Below, piece by piece: positions 38,059 to 47,518 of a stretch of 64,000 nt of DNA (positions within the stretch are counted from its first letter, which is position 1; every line of letters starts with the position of its first letter). The position numbers and the translations under genes are program-made. The DNA is from Candidatus Krumholzibacteriia bacterium (GTDB taxonomy: Bacteria > Krumholzibacteriota > Krumholzibacteriia > JAJRXK01), in NCBI GenBank assembly GCA_029932915.1, contig JAOZPE010000006.1, positions 6,384 to 70,383 on the forward strand, in the 5' to 3' direction. The notes below the pieces were generated by a model. The model worked only from the letters and a program-made list of their open reading frames with translations, did no database searches and was not told the DNA's origin.

Positions 38059-39252
38059 GTGAATCTCCGTTCTTCCATTCACCTCTTGCGTCGTCTTTGC
38101 GGTGTCGTTGGCGTCTTCGTGCTGGTGTTGGTGTTGGTCTTGAGCGCTCCGTCGTCCGACTGCCGGGCGGAGGGGCACCATCTGGTCAATTTATCCATCT
38201 TCTATCCGGTGAGCACGAACCAGGATCCGGACATCTCCACCAATTTCCGTCTCTCCGCCATCTACGGACAGGTCGGCCAGGTCGATGGCGTCGATCTCAA
38301 CGGCGTGGTCTCGGTGACCGGCCGTAACGTGCTGGGCGTTCAGTTGAACGGCGGTGTCGCCTGGGTCGGCGGCGACATGGGAGGTTTCCAGGCCTCCGGC
38401 CTGCTCAACTATGTCCAGGGTGAGACCAGGGGGATCCAGTTCGCCGGCCTGGTGAACTACCAGCTCTCGCATCTGCAGGGTGTCCAGTACGGCTTCCTCT
38501 TCAACTACACCGGCAAGGGATTCAGCGGGGTCCAGGTCTCCTCGGTGCTGAACGTCAATGACGGGGACGGGGCCTTTCTCCAGTACTCGGCGGTGGCCAA
38601 CATCACCGGTGGCGATTTCCACGGCCTGCAGTTGTCCGGCCTCTTGAACCATACCAATCACAAGGTCTTCGGCGTCCAGGCCGGTCTGAGCAACCTCGCC
38701 TACGAGATCGAAGGAGTGCAAGTCGGGGGCTTCAATGTCGCCCGCGACGTCAAGGGGCTGCAACTGGGCGTGGTCAACCGGAGCTACAGCATGGACGGCA
38801 TTCCCGTCGGACTGATCAACAGCTCGGTGGAGGACAGCCGGGCCGACGCGCTGCTCTTCGTCGAGGACAAGGCCCTGTTGAACCTGGGGGTCCGCACCCT
38901 CGTGCACCATTGGTACTCCATCCTGTCGATCGGCTTCTGGGACCAGGTGGAGCAGCGTAAGGACACGGTGTTCGTCCGTTGGAACTACGGCTACGACTTC
39001 TCTCTGGGGAATCAGTGGTATCTCGGGACGGATCTGGGATTCGTCCACATCATTCCCCAACCGACGGACAACCCCAAGGAGAACAACCGGCTGCACTATG
39101 CTCTTCAAGTGAGGGCCATGGCCGAGCGCCGCAGCCAGGACGGCGGGCTCTACTTCGTGGGCCTGGGAATCGATACGAACTGGGAGGAGTACAGTCTGAA
39201 TGCACCCACCCGGACCACGGGTCTTCTCTTCGCGGGGGTGGGAATCTTCTGA
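38059..39252 (+). CDS. LA_2272-like surface repeat protein with C-terminal beta-barrel-like region
   Basis: About ten ~19-aa repeats G[VIL]Q.xG..N (GVQLNG, GFQASGLLN, GIQFAGLVN, GVQYGFLFN, GVQVSSVLN, GLQLSGLLN, GVQVGGFN, GLQLGVVN); ends AGVGIF. Confidence 0.75.
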   Translation: MNLRSSIHLLRRLCGVVGVFVLVLVLVLSAPSSDCRAEGHHLVNLSIFYPVSTNQDPDISTNFRLSAIYGQVGQVDGVDLNGVVSVTGRNVLGVQLNGGVAWVGGDMGGFQASGLLNYVQGETRGIQFAGLVNYQLSHLQGVQYGFLFNYTGKGFSGVQVSSVLNVNDGDGAFLQYSAVANITGGDFHGLQLSGLLNHTNHKVFGVQAGLSNLAYEIEGVQVGGFNVARDVKGLQLGVVNRSYSMDGIPVGLINSSVEDSRADALLFVEDKALLNLGVRTLVHHWYSILSIGFWDQVEQRKDTVFVRWNYGYDFSLGNQWYLGTDLGFVHIIPQPTDNPKENNRLHYALQVRAMAERRSQDGGLYFVGLGIDTNWEEYSLNAPTRTTGLLFAGVGIF

Positions 39253-40733
39253 TGTACTGCAGAACCGGCATTTTCCGTCTTCGTGTTCCCGTTGCTGCAG
39301 CGATCGTGCTCGCCGCATTCCTTCTGGCCGTGCTGTGGGCGGATCATCCGGTTTTGGCCCAACAGACGGATGAGCCCGGGTCTTCGCCCTCTTCGCCCCT
39401 CGCCCTCCGCGACTCGGTGCTCACCTCGCCGCGTCCGGTCTTCCCGGACACCCTGCTCCACTGGGACACCGACAAGCACTTCGGCCGGGCCGCCATGGAG
39501 GTCTTCGGCGCCAATCTGCTGGTGTGGTCCTATGACCGCTATGTCCGCTCGGGCGGCGGAGCCGGATTCCGGATCGGTTTCAATTCGTGGTCGGAGAACA
39601 TCCGCAACGGCTTCGAATGGGACGACAACCACTTCAATACGAATCAGTTCTCCCATCCCTACCACGGCAACCTCTATTTCAACGCCGGGCGTTCCAACGG
39701 CTACTCCTACTGGGAGTCGATCCCCTTCGCCTTCGCGGGCAGTTTCATGTGGGAGTTCTTCGGGGAGACCCACCATCCGGCGATCAACGACTGGATCGCC
39801 ACCAGCGTGGGGGGGACCTTCCTCGGAGAGTCCCTCTGGCGTCTGTCGTCGATGGTCCTGGACAACACGGCGACCGGGGCGGGGCGTACCTGGCGGGAGA
39901 TCGGGGCCTTCGCCCTGAATCCCATGCGCGGAGTGACGCGCCTCTTCAGCGGCGAGACATTCAAGGTCCATGCGAACGATCCCGAACGCCTTCCGCGCAG
40001 CGGGGACGCCCGGCTCTACAGCGGTCTGAGGATGCTGGGCGAGGACAAGGTCTGGGACTCGGACACCACCCGCGTGTTCGTCGAGGCCAAGTTCGACTAC
40101 GGTGACATCTTCGACGAGAACGTGAACAAGCCGTTCGAGCACTTCCACTTCGAGGCCCAGCTCAATTTCGGTGACAAGGCTTCCTTGGGTTGGGTGCGCG
40201 GCCGCGGGATGTTGTTGAAGAAGGAGCTCAAGGGTGGAGAGGGATCGAGGCATGTCATCGCCGGCTACCAGCACTTCGACTACATCAACAACAACGCCTA
40301 CGAGTTCGGAGGCCAGAGCGTCGGGGGCGCGTACATCTCCCGCTTCGATACGCCCAGCGGCTATCGTCTGGAGGCCGAACTCTACGCCAATGCCATCCTG
40401 CTCGGAGCGGTGCAGTCCGACTATGAGAATTTCTCCGGACGCGAGTACGACTACGGTCCCGGAGCCGGCTTCAAGTTGAACATATCCCTGGGCAGACCCG
40501 ATTGGAACTTCTTCCGCATCGAACACGAGCAGTACTGGATCAGCACGATCAACGGCAACCGGGCCGATCACTGGGTCAGCATCACCCAGTTCCACTTCGA
40601 GCTTCCATTGAAGCGCTACTATGGGATCGGTGTCGACTACCTGCTGTACCTCTCCGAGGCACGCTACAAGAACTTCCCCGACACGAGCTCACGCTCGCCG
40701 GAAGTCCGCTTCTATCTCTGCTGGAATCTCTAG
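39252..40733 (+). CDS. DUF3943-like outer-membrane protein
   Basis: WDDNHFNTNQFSHPYHGNLYFNAGRSNGYSYWES.PFAFAGSFMWEFFGET..PAINDWIAT..GG.FLGE signature; TGATG coupling to the upstream gene. Confidence 0.8.
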   Translation: MYCRTGIFRLRVPVAAAIVLAAFLLAVLWADHPVLAQQTDEPGSSPSSPLALRDSVLTSPRPVFPDTLLHWDTDKHFGRAAMEVFGANLLVWSYDRYVRSGGGAGFRIGFNSWSENIRNGFEWDDNHFNTNQFSHPYHGNLYFNAGRSNGYSYWESIPFAFAGSFMWEFFGETHHPAINDWIATSVGGTFLGESLWRLSSMVLDNTATGAGRTWREIGAFALNPMRGVTRLFSGETFKVHANDPERLPRSGDARLYSGLRMLGEDKVWDSDTTRVFVEAKFDYGDIFDENVNKPFEHFHFEAQLNFGDKASLGWVRGRGMLLKKELKGGEGSRHVIAGYQHFDYINNNAYEFGGQSVGGAYISRFDTPSGYRLEAELYANAILLGAVQSDYENFSGREYDYGPGAGFKLNISLGRPDWNFFRIEHEQYWISTINGNRADHWVSITQFHFELPLKRYYGIGVDYLLYLSEARYKNFPDTSSRSPEVRFYLCWNL

Positions 40734-40753
40734 AGAACCGAAGACGGCAGTGA

Positions 40754-40826
40754 GGTCAACGCCCCCCGCCCGTCGGCGCGGTGGCTTTCTTCGCCGGTCC
40801 GCGCGGTCAACGTCCTCCGCCCGTCG
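40754..40826. repeat. 22-bp direct repeat (2 mismatches), duplicated gene 3' end
   Basis: GGTCAACGCCCCCCGCCCGTCG (40754) and GGTCAACGTCCTCCGCCCGTCG (40805); the second copy holds the last codons and stop of the minus-strand OMP. Confidence 0.65.
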
Positions 40827-41472
40827 CTGAGGAGCCTTCCTCCACCGGTACGGTGCCGTCGGGAGCCACCTCTTCCGCCTCGGGCTGCCCACCCCACTGG
40901 AATCCGATTCCGGCCTGATAGCTGTTGACGATGTCGTGGCGCAGGTAACTCGTGTCGGAGAGGTAGTTGAAGGTGTAGTTGAGGTTGAGGAAGACGTGAT
41001 CGGTCAAGTGGATGTCCACTCCGATCGGCAGGGACAGGCTGAAACTGTTCTCGCTGTCCTCGTAGGGGTCGCCGTCGGTGGTGATGGTGTAGGTGGCGAA
41101 GCGGAAGCCGAAGCCCACCCCGGCATAACCATGGAAGGTGCCGCTGAAGTCGAGGAAATAACGTCCGGTGAGTTGGAGCAGGATGTTGTTGTACTCGCCG
41201 TGGATATCCTGTTCCTCGGGTCCGGTATAGTCTTCCTCGACCGTGAAGTAGTGGAAGCGGAAGCCGGCGGTCCAGTTCGCGTTGGAACTGACCTTCTCCC
41301 AACTCAAGGTTCCGCCCGGGCCGAAGCTGGTCTGGGCGGCCGGGCTGGTGACCATGCCCACGTATGAGCCGTCGATCGTGAGGAGGGAGGTACCCGGCCT
41401 GAGATCGGCGGAAGCATTGCCTGCCGCCAGCAGGAGGATCACGAGGGTCATGCAAGCAATTCGCCGGTGCAT
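40807..41472 (-). CDS. Outer-membrane beta-barrel protein (OmpA/OmpW-like) with short acidic tail
   Basis: AAGGA RBS; signal peptide ending GNASA; amphipathic strands to YQAGIGFQW. Confidence 0.75.
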   Translation of the reverse strand: MHRRIACMTLVILLLAAGNASADLRPGTSLLTIDGSYVGMVTSPAAQTSFGPGGTLSWEKVSSNANWTAGFRFHYFTVEEDYTGPEEQDIHGEYNNILLQLTGRYFLDFSGTFHGYAGVGFGFRFATYTITTDGDPYEDSENSFSLSLPIGVDIHLTDHVFLNLNYTFNYLSDTSYLRHDIVNSYQAGIGFQWGGQPEAEEVAPDGTVPVEEGSSATGGGR

Positions 41473-41633
41473 CGTCCGTTTCCTTGTCGCTTGGGGCGGT
41501 CCTCTCGGATCCGCCGGGTGAAGATGCGGGTTCTCCAGGGGAGAAACCGGGGGATTCCGCCGGAGAAGTACACCACTTCCCCCCCGCCGGGTCAATGATT
41601 CAGCGGAGGGGGAGCCGCGCCTCGCCGGCAGGA

Positions 41634-41674
41634 GCGGCCGGATCCCCGCCCCCGGGGGGTGGGCATCCGGCCGC
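41634..41674 (-). terminator. Long hairpin downstream of the S8 peptidase gene
   Basis: GCGGCCGGAT-C-CCCGCCCCC...GGGGGTGGG-C-ATCCGGCCGC. Confidence 0.55.
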
Positions 41675-41688
41675 CCCGGAAGATCTTC

Positions 41689-43560
41689 CTAGTGTTTCAT
41701 CAACAGCTCCGCCGTCGCCTTGGGGTTGATCAGCTTCAACTCGGGCTGGTCGGGAAGCTGGTCGGCAGCCTTCTCGATGAGCTCGATGATCCGCTGCGGG
41801 GTCAGGGTGGGGTCGTAGGCCACCATCTTCGCCGCCAGATTCAGGGTGTTGGGGGAAGCCATCGAGGTTCCCGACATCTTCATCTTCTTCCCACCGGGCA
41901 CGGTGCTCTCCACCTCGAAGCCATTGGCGTAGACCACCACGTTCTTGCCCATGCTGGTGAAACCGGTGCGCTCACCGGCCTGGTCGACCGCGCCGACCAC
42001 CAGGAGATTGGGCAGTTCGTACGACGACGGGATGTTCCGGTGGAAACCGACGTCGGAATCGGCGTTGCCCGCGGCGACCACGAAGAGGATGTCCGGGCAC
42101 GAGGCCATCGCCGCGTGCAGGGCCTCGTCGAGGATGCCGAAGATCTCCTCGGCCATGGCCTTGCGCTCTTCGGCGTCCTTGCCGATGCCGTTGGCCTCCA
42201 GGCTCGATTCGATCTCCTTGAACGACCAGCCCCAGCTCATGTTCACCACGCGCACTTGGGCCTTCTTGAAGTACTCGGCCGAGGCGGCGTACGAGGCGGC
42301 GTGCCGCAGCGCCCGTTCCTTGGTGATCGGAGCGGGAACGGAGTGGTAGTCGAAGGTGATGCGGTCGACGAGGATGCGTCCGTAGGGGTTTCCCCGCAGG
42401 GCGATGCCCGCCACGTGGGTGCCGTGGGCGTAGAGTCCGACGAAGCTCAGCGAGGTCATGAATGCGTCGACCTCGTCGGCGGGCAGCTTCGAGAGGTAGC
42501 TCCGCAACTCTGCGGCTTCCTTGCTGTCGATGGCCGCCTGCAGGTCCATCAGGCCCTTCATGTAGTGCATGGCCGTGTCGACCTTGCCCTCCTGGTCACC
42601 GAGCGGGTGCAGGAGGTAGGGGCTCACTTCGCCGTCGAGGTCGAAGGCGATGCCGTGCAGGTCGTCGACGAATCCGTTGCCGTCGTCGTCCTTGCCGTTC
42701 TCGGTTTCCTTGGGGTTGGTCCAGAGCTGGTCGGGGAAGACCGTGATGTCGACTCCGGAATCCCAGATGCCGATCACCACCGGGGTCAGGTGCTCGTCCT
42801 CGCTCAGCGTCCATTCGCGCTCGGGCCAGATGTTCGGTTTCTCCTCCTTGTGGGCCTCGACCACCGCGCTGTAGGCGGCGATCCGTTCCTCCTGGAGGGG
42901 AATGATGGTCTGCAATGCGAAGGCGATGCCGAGGACCCGGTCGGCCAGATCGCCGCTCAGCTCGTGCGACTGGGCCACGATGGGATCGATCTGCGAGGCG
43001 ATCATCCCCTTGAGAAGATTCGCCGAGAGGATCTCGGTCATGCCCTTCTGCTGCTGGACGTCGTCCTGGACGACATCCCAGGGCAGGGCCTCCAGCTCTT
43101 CCTGGAGCGTCTGGCGGTAGGTCTGCCGGTAGGCGTCGGAGCCCTCGGGTCCGGCCTTCCGGGCCGCGATGAGTGCGCGTACCGAGATGCCGGCCATCAG
43201 GCGGGCCGATTCCTTCGTCTCCAGTTCCTTGGCCTTGTCGATGAAGGCGAGGGCCTCCTCGTTCCGTCCTTCCATGAGGTCGAGGGTGGCCAGGGTGCGG
43301 TAGAGGTTCTTGAGCGTCGCGTCATCCTTGATGTCGTACTTCTCGAGCATCGACTCGATGTCCGCGCGGACCTTCTCCGCCAGATCCTTCATGGCCGCTT
43401 CGTCGTCGAGCATCTCGCTCACCGAACCGGTGATGGAGTAGGAACGGACCGGCAGATCGGTCAGGCTCTTGACGGGAATTTTCCCGGCCACCGCGACCGG
43501 GGGCGCCACGGGCGCTGCCACGAGCACCAGGAACGACAGAATCAACAGGAAGCGTTTCAC
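41689..43560 (-). CDS. Secreted S8 family peptidase with ~230-aa helical N-terminal region
   Basis: Signal peptide; GIWDSGVD, HGTHVAG, VVAAGN, GTSMASP; Ca-loop NGKDDDGNGFVDD. Confidence 0.9.
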   Translation of the reverse strand: MKRFLLILSFLVLVAAPVAPPVAVAGKIPVKSLTDLPVRSYSITGSVSEMLDDEAAMKDLAEKVRADIESMLEKYDIKDDATLKNLYRTLATLDLMEGRNEEALAFIDKAKELETKESARLMAGISVRALIAARKAGPEGSDAYRQTYRQTLQEELEALPWDVVQDDVQQQKGMTEILSANLLKGMIASQIDPIVAQSHELSGDLADRVLGIAFALQTIIPLQEERIAAYSAVVEAHKEEKPNIWPEREWTLSEDEHLTPVVIGIWDSGVDITVFPDQLWTNPKETENGKDDDGNGFVDDLHGIAFDLDGEVSPYLLHPLGDQEGKVDTAMHYMKGLMDLQAAIDSKEAAELRSYLSKLPADEVDAFMTSLSFVGLYAHGTHVAGIALRGNPYGRILVDRITFDYHSVPAPITKERALRHAASYAASAEYFKKAQVRVVNMSWGWSFKEIESSLEANGIGKDAEERKAMAEEIFGILDEALHAAMASCPDILFVVAAGNADSDVGFHRNIPSSYELPNLLVVGAVDQAGERTGFTSMGKNVVVYANGFEVESTVPGGKKMKMSGTSMASPNTLNLAAKMVAYDPTLTPQRIIELIEKAADQLPDQPELKLINPKATAELLMKH

Positions 43561-43705
43561 GGTTCCTCCTCAGGGCTGGAAGCTGGCGGGCGGCGGCCCG
43601 CGGAGATCTTCCATGCTAGGGCGACCCGGCCCGCTCCACAAGGCCGCTCCCGCCGGCGCCCAAAAAGGGGTGGAATGTCCGCCGGCGGCCCACCAAGATG
43701 GAGTC

Positions 43706-44617
43706 ATGGCTTCCCGACTGCACACCCTCACCGTGACCGAGGCCGAAGCCGGCCTTCGTCTCGACGTCTATCTGACGCGGCATCTGGGGCTGTCCCGCCG
43801 GGCGGCCCAACGTCTCCTGGAGGGGCAACAGGTGCGCGTGGAGGGGCGGACGGCCAGCAAGGGCCTGGCCCTGCAGGCCGGGTGGAAGGTCGAGGTGGAA
43901 TCGTTCAGCGAAGAGGGACAGGAGAAGGTGGCCGAGTACCAGGGGCCCGAACTGGAGATCCTCGGCGAGGGTTCTGGATGGGTGGCGGTGGACAAGCCGG
44001 CCGGCATGCCCGTCCATCCTCTCAGCGAGGGGGAGAGGGATACCGCCCTGAACTTCGTCGCCTCGCGTTTCGCCGGCATCATGGGCGTGGGGGAAGGAGG
44101 TCTGCGCAGTGGCGTGGTCCACCGGCTCGACGTCGATACCTCGGGTATCCTGCTCTTCGCCCTCGAGGAGAAGATGTGGAAGCAGTTGCGGGCGGCGTTC
44201 AGTGCCCACCGCACCGAGAAGGTCTACCAGGCGGTGGTGCACGGAAGACTGGAGCGGCCGGTGAAGGTCGAGTTCGACCTGCGCATCGCCCGCCACAAGC
44301 CGGCCAAGGTGGAGGTGAAGCCCCTGGGCGAGGGTGGTAAGGGTTGCCGCACCTGCGCGACGGCGCTGAAACCCCTGGAGGTCTTCCGCCGGGCCACCCT
44401 GGTGGAGGCCCGGCCGGTGAGCGGTTTCCTCCATCAGATCCGCGCCACCCTGGCCCACATGGGTCACCCCCTGCTGGGCGACCGTCTGTACGGTCCGCCG
44501 GACGATCCGGTGCCGGTGCAGCGCCATCTCTTGCACGCCAGTCTCCTGAGGATCGATGACATCCTGTTGGAGAGTTCCCTGCCGGAGGACTTCGAGCGCG
44601 TACTGGAACGATTGTGA
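43706..44617 (+). CDS. RluA family pseudouridine synthase (RluD-like, N-terminal S4 domain)
   Basis: RLDVYL...SRRAAQRLL (S4); VDKPAGM.VHP; VHRLDVDTSG; GFLHQIRATLAHMGHPLLGDRLYG. Confidence 0.92.
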   Translation: MASRLHTLTVTEAEAGLRLDVYLTRHLGLSRRAAQRLLEGQQVRVEGRTASKGLALQAGWKVEVESFSEEGQEKVAEYQGPELEILGEGSGWVAVDKPAGMPVHPLSEGERDTALNFVASRFAGIMGVGEGGLRSGVVHRLDVDTSGILLFALEEKMWKQLRAAFSAHRTEKVYQAVVHGRLERPVKVEFDLRIARHKPAKVEVKPLGEGGKGCRTCATALKPLEVFRRATLVEARPVSGFLHQIRATLAHMGHPLLGDRLYGPPDDPVPVQRHLLHASLLRIDDILLESSLPEDFERVLERL

Positions 44618-44736
44618 CCCGCCGCCGGCGGGCGGTTCGGGGTGGAGATCTGCGGAGGACGCGGCAGCGGTGAAGTCGCGGGACGTCCACCGCTTGCCGT
44701 GATGGGCTTGGAAGCGAAGATCAGGAGCGCGAGCCG

Positions 44737-45780
44737 ATGAAGCAGGAGAACGCGAGACTTCAGGTGGCAGTGGTCGGGGTGGGGCGCATGGGCCGCCACC
44801 ACGCGCGGATCTATCACGAACTCGAGGGGGTCGATCTCGTCGCCGTGGCCGATGCCGACGCCGAACGCCGCTCGGCCCTCGCAGCCGAGTTCTCCTGCCG
44901 AGCCCACGCCACCCTCGAGGAACTCCTTCGCGAACATCCCTCGCTCGACGCGGTGAGCATCGCGACCCCCACCACCCATCACCTGGCCGCGGCGGAGGAG
45001 TTGTTGCCTCGCGGCGTCGCCTGTCTCATCGAGAAGCCTCTGGCAGCGTCCTCGGCCGATGCGGCCGCCATCGCCACGCTCAGCGCCGAGCATTCCACCA
45101 TCTGCCAGGTCGGTCACACCGAGCGCTTCAATCCCGCCGTGAGGGCGGTGACGGAGATGGATCTGCGTCCGCGTTTCATCGAGGTCGACCGGGTGGCACC
45201 CATGAGTTTCCGCTCGGTCGATGTGGGCGTGGTCTTCGATCTGATGATCCACGATCTGGACATCGTCCTGATGCTCTCGCGTTCGCCCTTGAAGGAAGTG
45301 CACGCGGTGGGAGTCGGCGTGCTGTCGGACAAGGAGGACGTGGCCAACGCGCGGCTGGAGTTCGAGGACGGCTGCGTGGCCAATCTCACTGTTTCACGGC
45401 TGGCGATGAAGACCGAACGCAAACTGCGGGTCTTCAGCGAGAAGGTCTACGTGACCCTGGACTTCGCACGCCGCAGCGGGATGGCCATCTCCACCACGGA
45501 GAACCGTGCCTCGATCGACGCGGTACGTGAGAAGCTGGCCCGCGGGGAGGATCTCTCCGATCTGGACTACCTCGCCCTGGTCAAGATGCAGCCCCTGCAG
45601 ATGGAAGAGGAAGAACCGCTGCGGGCCGAGCTGCAGTACTTCCTCTCCTGTGTGCGTGAGGGACGCAACCCGGCGATTGACGCCGAGGCGGGCCGCTCCG
45701 CGGTCGATGCCGCCGAACGGGTCGTCCAGTCGATCCGCGAACACCATTGGGAGGGATTCGAGGGCATGCGGCTGGTCTGA
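44737..45780 (+). CDS. Gfo/Idh/MocA family oxidoreductase (WlbA/GnnA-like UDP-sugar 3-dehydrogenase type)
   Basis: VVGVGRMGRHH, LIEKP, VGHTERFNP, DVGVVFDLMIHDLD. Confidence 0.88.
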   Translation: MKQENARLQVAVVGVGRMGRHHARIYHELEGVDLVAVADADAERRSALAAEFSCRAHATLEELLREHPSLDAVSIATPTTHHLAAAEELLPRGVACLIEKPLAASSADAAAIATLSAEHSTICQVGHTERFNPAVRAVTEMDLRPRFIEVDRVAPMSFRSVDVGVVFDLMIHDLDIVLMLSRSPLKEVHAVGVGVLSDKEDVANARLEFEDGCVANLTVSRLAMKTERKLRVFSEKVYVTLDFARRSGMAISTTENRASIDAVREKLARGEDLSDLDYLALVKMQPLQMEEEEPLRAELQYFLSCVREGRNPAIDAEAGRSAVDAAERVVQSIREHHWEGFEGMRLV

Positions 45781-46002
45781 GGCCGCCGTCATCAAGAGGT
45801 GGACCCATGGCATGCGCACATGTGTACGGCTCTTATCCCGGTGCCTGGGTGATCTTGGGGGGATGGTGGTCTTCGTTGTCGTCTGAGGGAAGAGAGACCG
45901 CGTCATCGGGCGGAGCGTCCCCGGCTCCCGAGTCGGCCGCCCACCAGAAGGGCCATCCATCGCTGCGGTCATCTGCGCCTCACCCCTCACGAGGAGTCCA
46001 CG

Positions 46003-46422
46003 ATGCACTATCGAGCCCACGAGGAAGGTCCCATCACTGTCATATCCTTCGGCGGCAACATGACCGGCGGCCCCGACGCCGACACCTTCCGCGCCTTTCA
46101 CCGCAAGCTCATGGGAGAGGGCCGCAAGCTCTTCATCTTCGATCTCAGTGGAGTCAAGTACGTCTCTTCCTGCGGTGCCGGCATGATCATCGGCGCCCAC
46201 ACCCGCCTGAGTGAGGAGGGCGGCGTGTTGAAGCTGGTGGTCAACACCGAACGGGTGCGCAATCTCCTGCACCTGATCCAGTTGTACCGGGTCATGAAGA
46301 TCCACGACACCCTGGAGGAGACACTGGCTTCCTTCACCAACGACTTGAGGATGCGGAGCAGGGAGGGCAACGACCGGCCGGCGGATTCCGCTGGATCTTC
46401 GGCCCCGCTCGGCGCACGTTGA
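46003..46422 (+). CDS. STAS domain anti-sigma-factor antagonist
   Basis: FIFDLSGVKYVSSCGAGMII with phospho-acceptor Ser in the YVSS motif. Confidence 0.88.
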   Translation: MHYRAHEEGPITVISFGGNMTGGPDADTFRAFHRKLMGEGRKLFIFDLSGVKYVSSCGAGMIIGAHTRLSEEGGVLKLVVNTERVRNLLHLIQLYRVMKIHDTLEETLASFTNDLRMRSREGNDRPADSAGSSAPLGAR

Positions 46423-46426
46423 GCGC

Positions 46427-47302
46427 ATGATCGATTCCGCTGCCGCTCCTCTTTCCGGTCGAGTGGTCCTGGTGACCGGTGCCAGCTCGGGCATCGGGCG
46501 TCTCGCGTCCCGCGAGTTGGCGCGCCGGGGTGCCCGGGTCACCCTTCTCGTGCGCGATCCGCAGAGGGGAGAGAGCACCCGTGCGTGGATTGAAGCCACG
46601 GGCGGTCTCGAATCACCGGAGATCCTGCTCTGCGATCTCTCCGATCTCGAACAGGTACACCGCGCGGCGGAGGAATTCCGCCGCCGTCACTCCCGACTCG
46701 ATGTCCTGGTGAACAATGCCGGAGTGTTGCAGCGTCGCCGGCGCCTCAGCTCCCAGGGCCATGAGTGGACCTTGGCGGTGAACCATCTCGGCCCCTTCCT
46801 GTTGACCCTCTCATTGGCCGATCTGATACCGTCCGGCGGGCGCATCGTCAACCTGGCCTCGGTGGCCCACACCCGCGGTCGATTCGACTTCGAGGACATG
46901 ACGCTCGAAGACGGTTATTCGATGTGGGACGCCTACGCGCGCTCGAAGCTGGCCAATGTTCTCTTCACCTACGAGCTGGCCCGCCGTCTCGCCCCCCGTC
47001 GCATCGACGTGAACGCCCTGCACCCGGGGACACTGCCGACCGGCATCGCCCGCGGACATTCGCGGGTGGCCTCGTGGCTGTGGAAGATCGTCACCCGTTT
47101 CTCCGGGCGGGTCGAGGAGGGAAGTGACGCAGTGGTGAGGCTGGCTGGCGATCCCGAACTCGAGGGAACCACCGGCCGCTACTTCTACAAGATGTCCAAG
47201 GCGGAGTCGTCACCGCAGAGCCACGACCGCCGCTTGCAGGCCGAGCTGTGGTCGTGGTCACTGAAGGCGGTGGGGCTGACCGAGGAATCCATGTTCTTGT
47301 GA
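46427..47302 (+). CDS. Short-chain dehydrogenase/reductase (retinol dehydrogenase-like)
   Basis: VTGASSGIG, LVNNAG, VNHLGPFLLT, YARSKLAN, LHPG. Confidence 0.92.
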   Translation: MIDSAAAPLSGRVVLVTGASSGIGRLASRELARRGARVTLLVRDPQRGESTRAWIEATGGLESPEILLCDLSDLEQVHRAAEEFRRRHSRLDVLVNNAGVLQRRRRLSSQGHEWTLAVNHLGPFLLTLSLADLIPSGGRIVNLASVAHTRGRFDFEDMTLEDGYSMWDAYARSKLANVLFTYELARRLAPRRIDVNALHPGTLPTGIARGHSRVASWLWKIVTRFSGRVEEGSDAVVRLAGDPELEGTTGRYFYKMSKAESSPQSHDRRLQAELWSWSLKAVGLTEESMFL

Positions 47303-47439
47303 ATGCACCAAGGTATTCTCAATGCGTACATTTTTGTGTGCTGGCCCAGAGTGCGGCCGTTTTCTGGAATACGTATCTGTTGCCGTATCACGTCAAGATC
47401 AAGATACAGACCGAGGAAGAGCCGGAGCTGCTTCCTCCA

Positions 47440-47480
47440 TTGACATGACTTGGCATTAGTTGTAGTTGTCCCAGTAGAAT
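47440..47480 (+). promoter_or_regulatory. Candidate sigma70 elements for the islet operon
   Basis: TTGACA at 47440-47445 and TAGAAT at 47475-47480. They are not at canonical spacing to each other, so the assignment is tentative. Confidence 0.3.
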
Positions 47481-47518
47481 TCAGTAGGTTTTCTCGCCTT
47501 CCACGCAGGAAGTACACG

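Noticed and set aside
44737-45780. Assigning gnnA (lipid A diamino-sugar pathway)
   Set aside because: Family motifs fit, but there are no gnnB or lpx neighbours, so the specific function is unsupported.
47248-47448. Short ORF with AAVFWNTYLL, faintly like a Tn3 transposase C-terminus
   Set aside because: Too short and weak to support; no inverted repeats or other transposase motifs.
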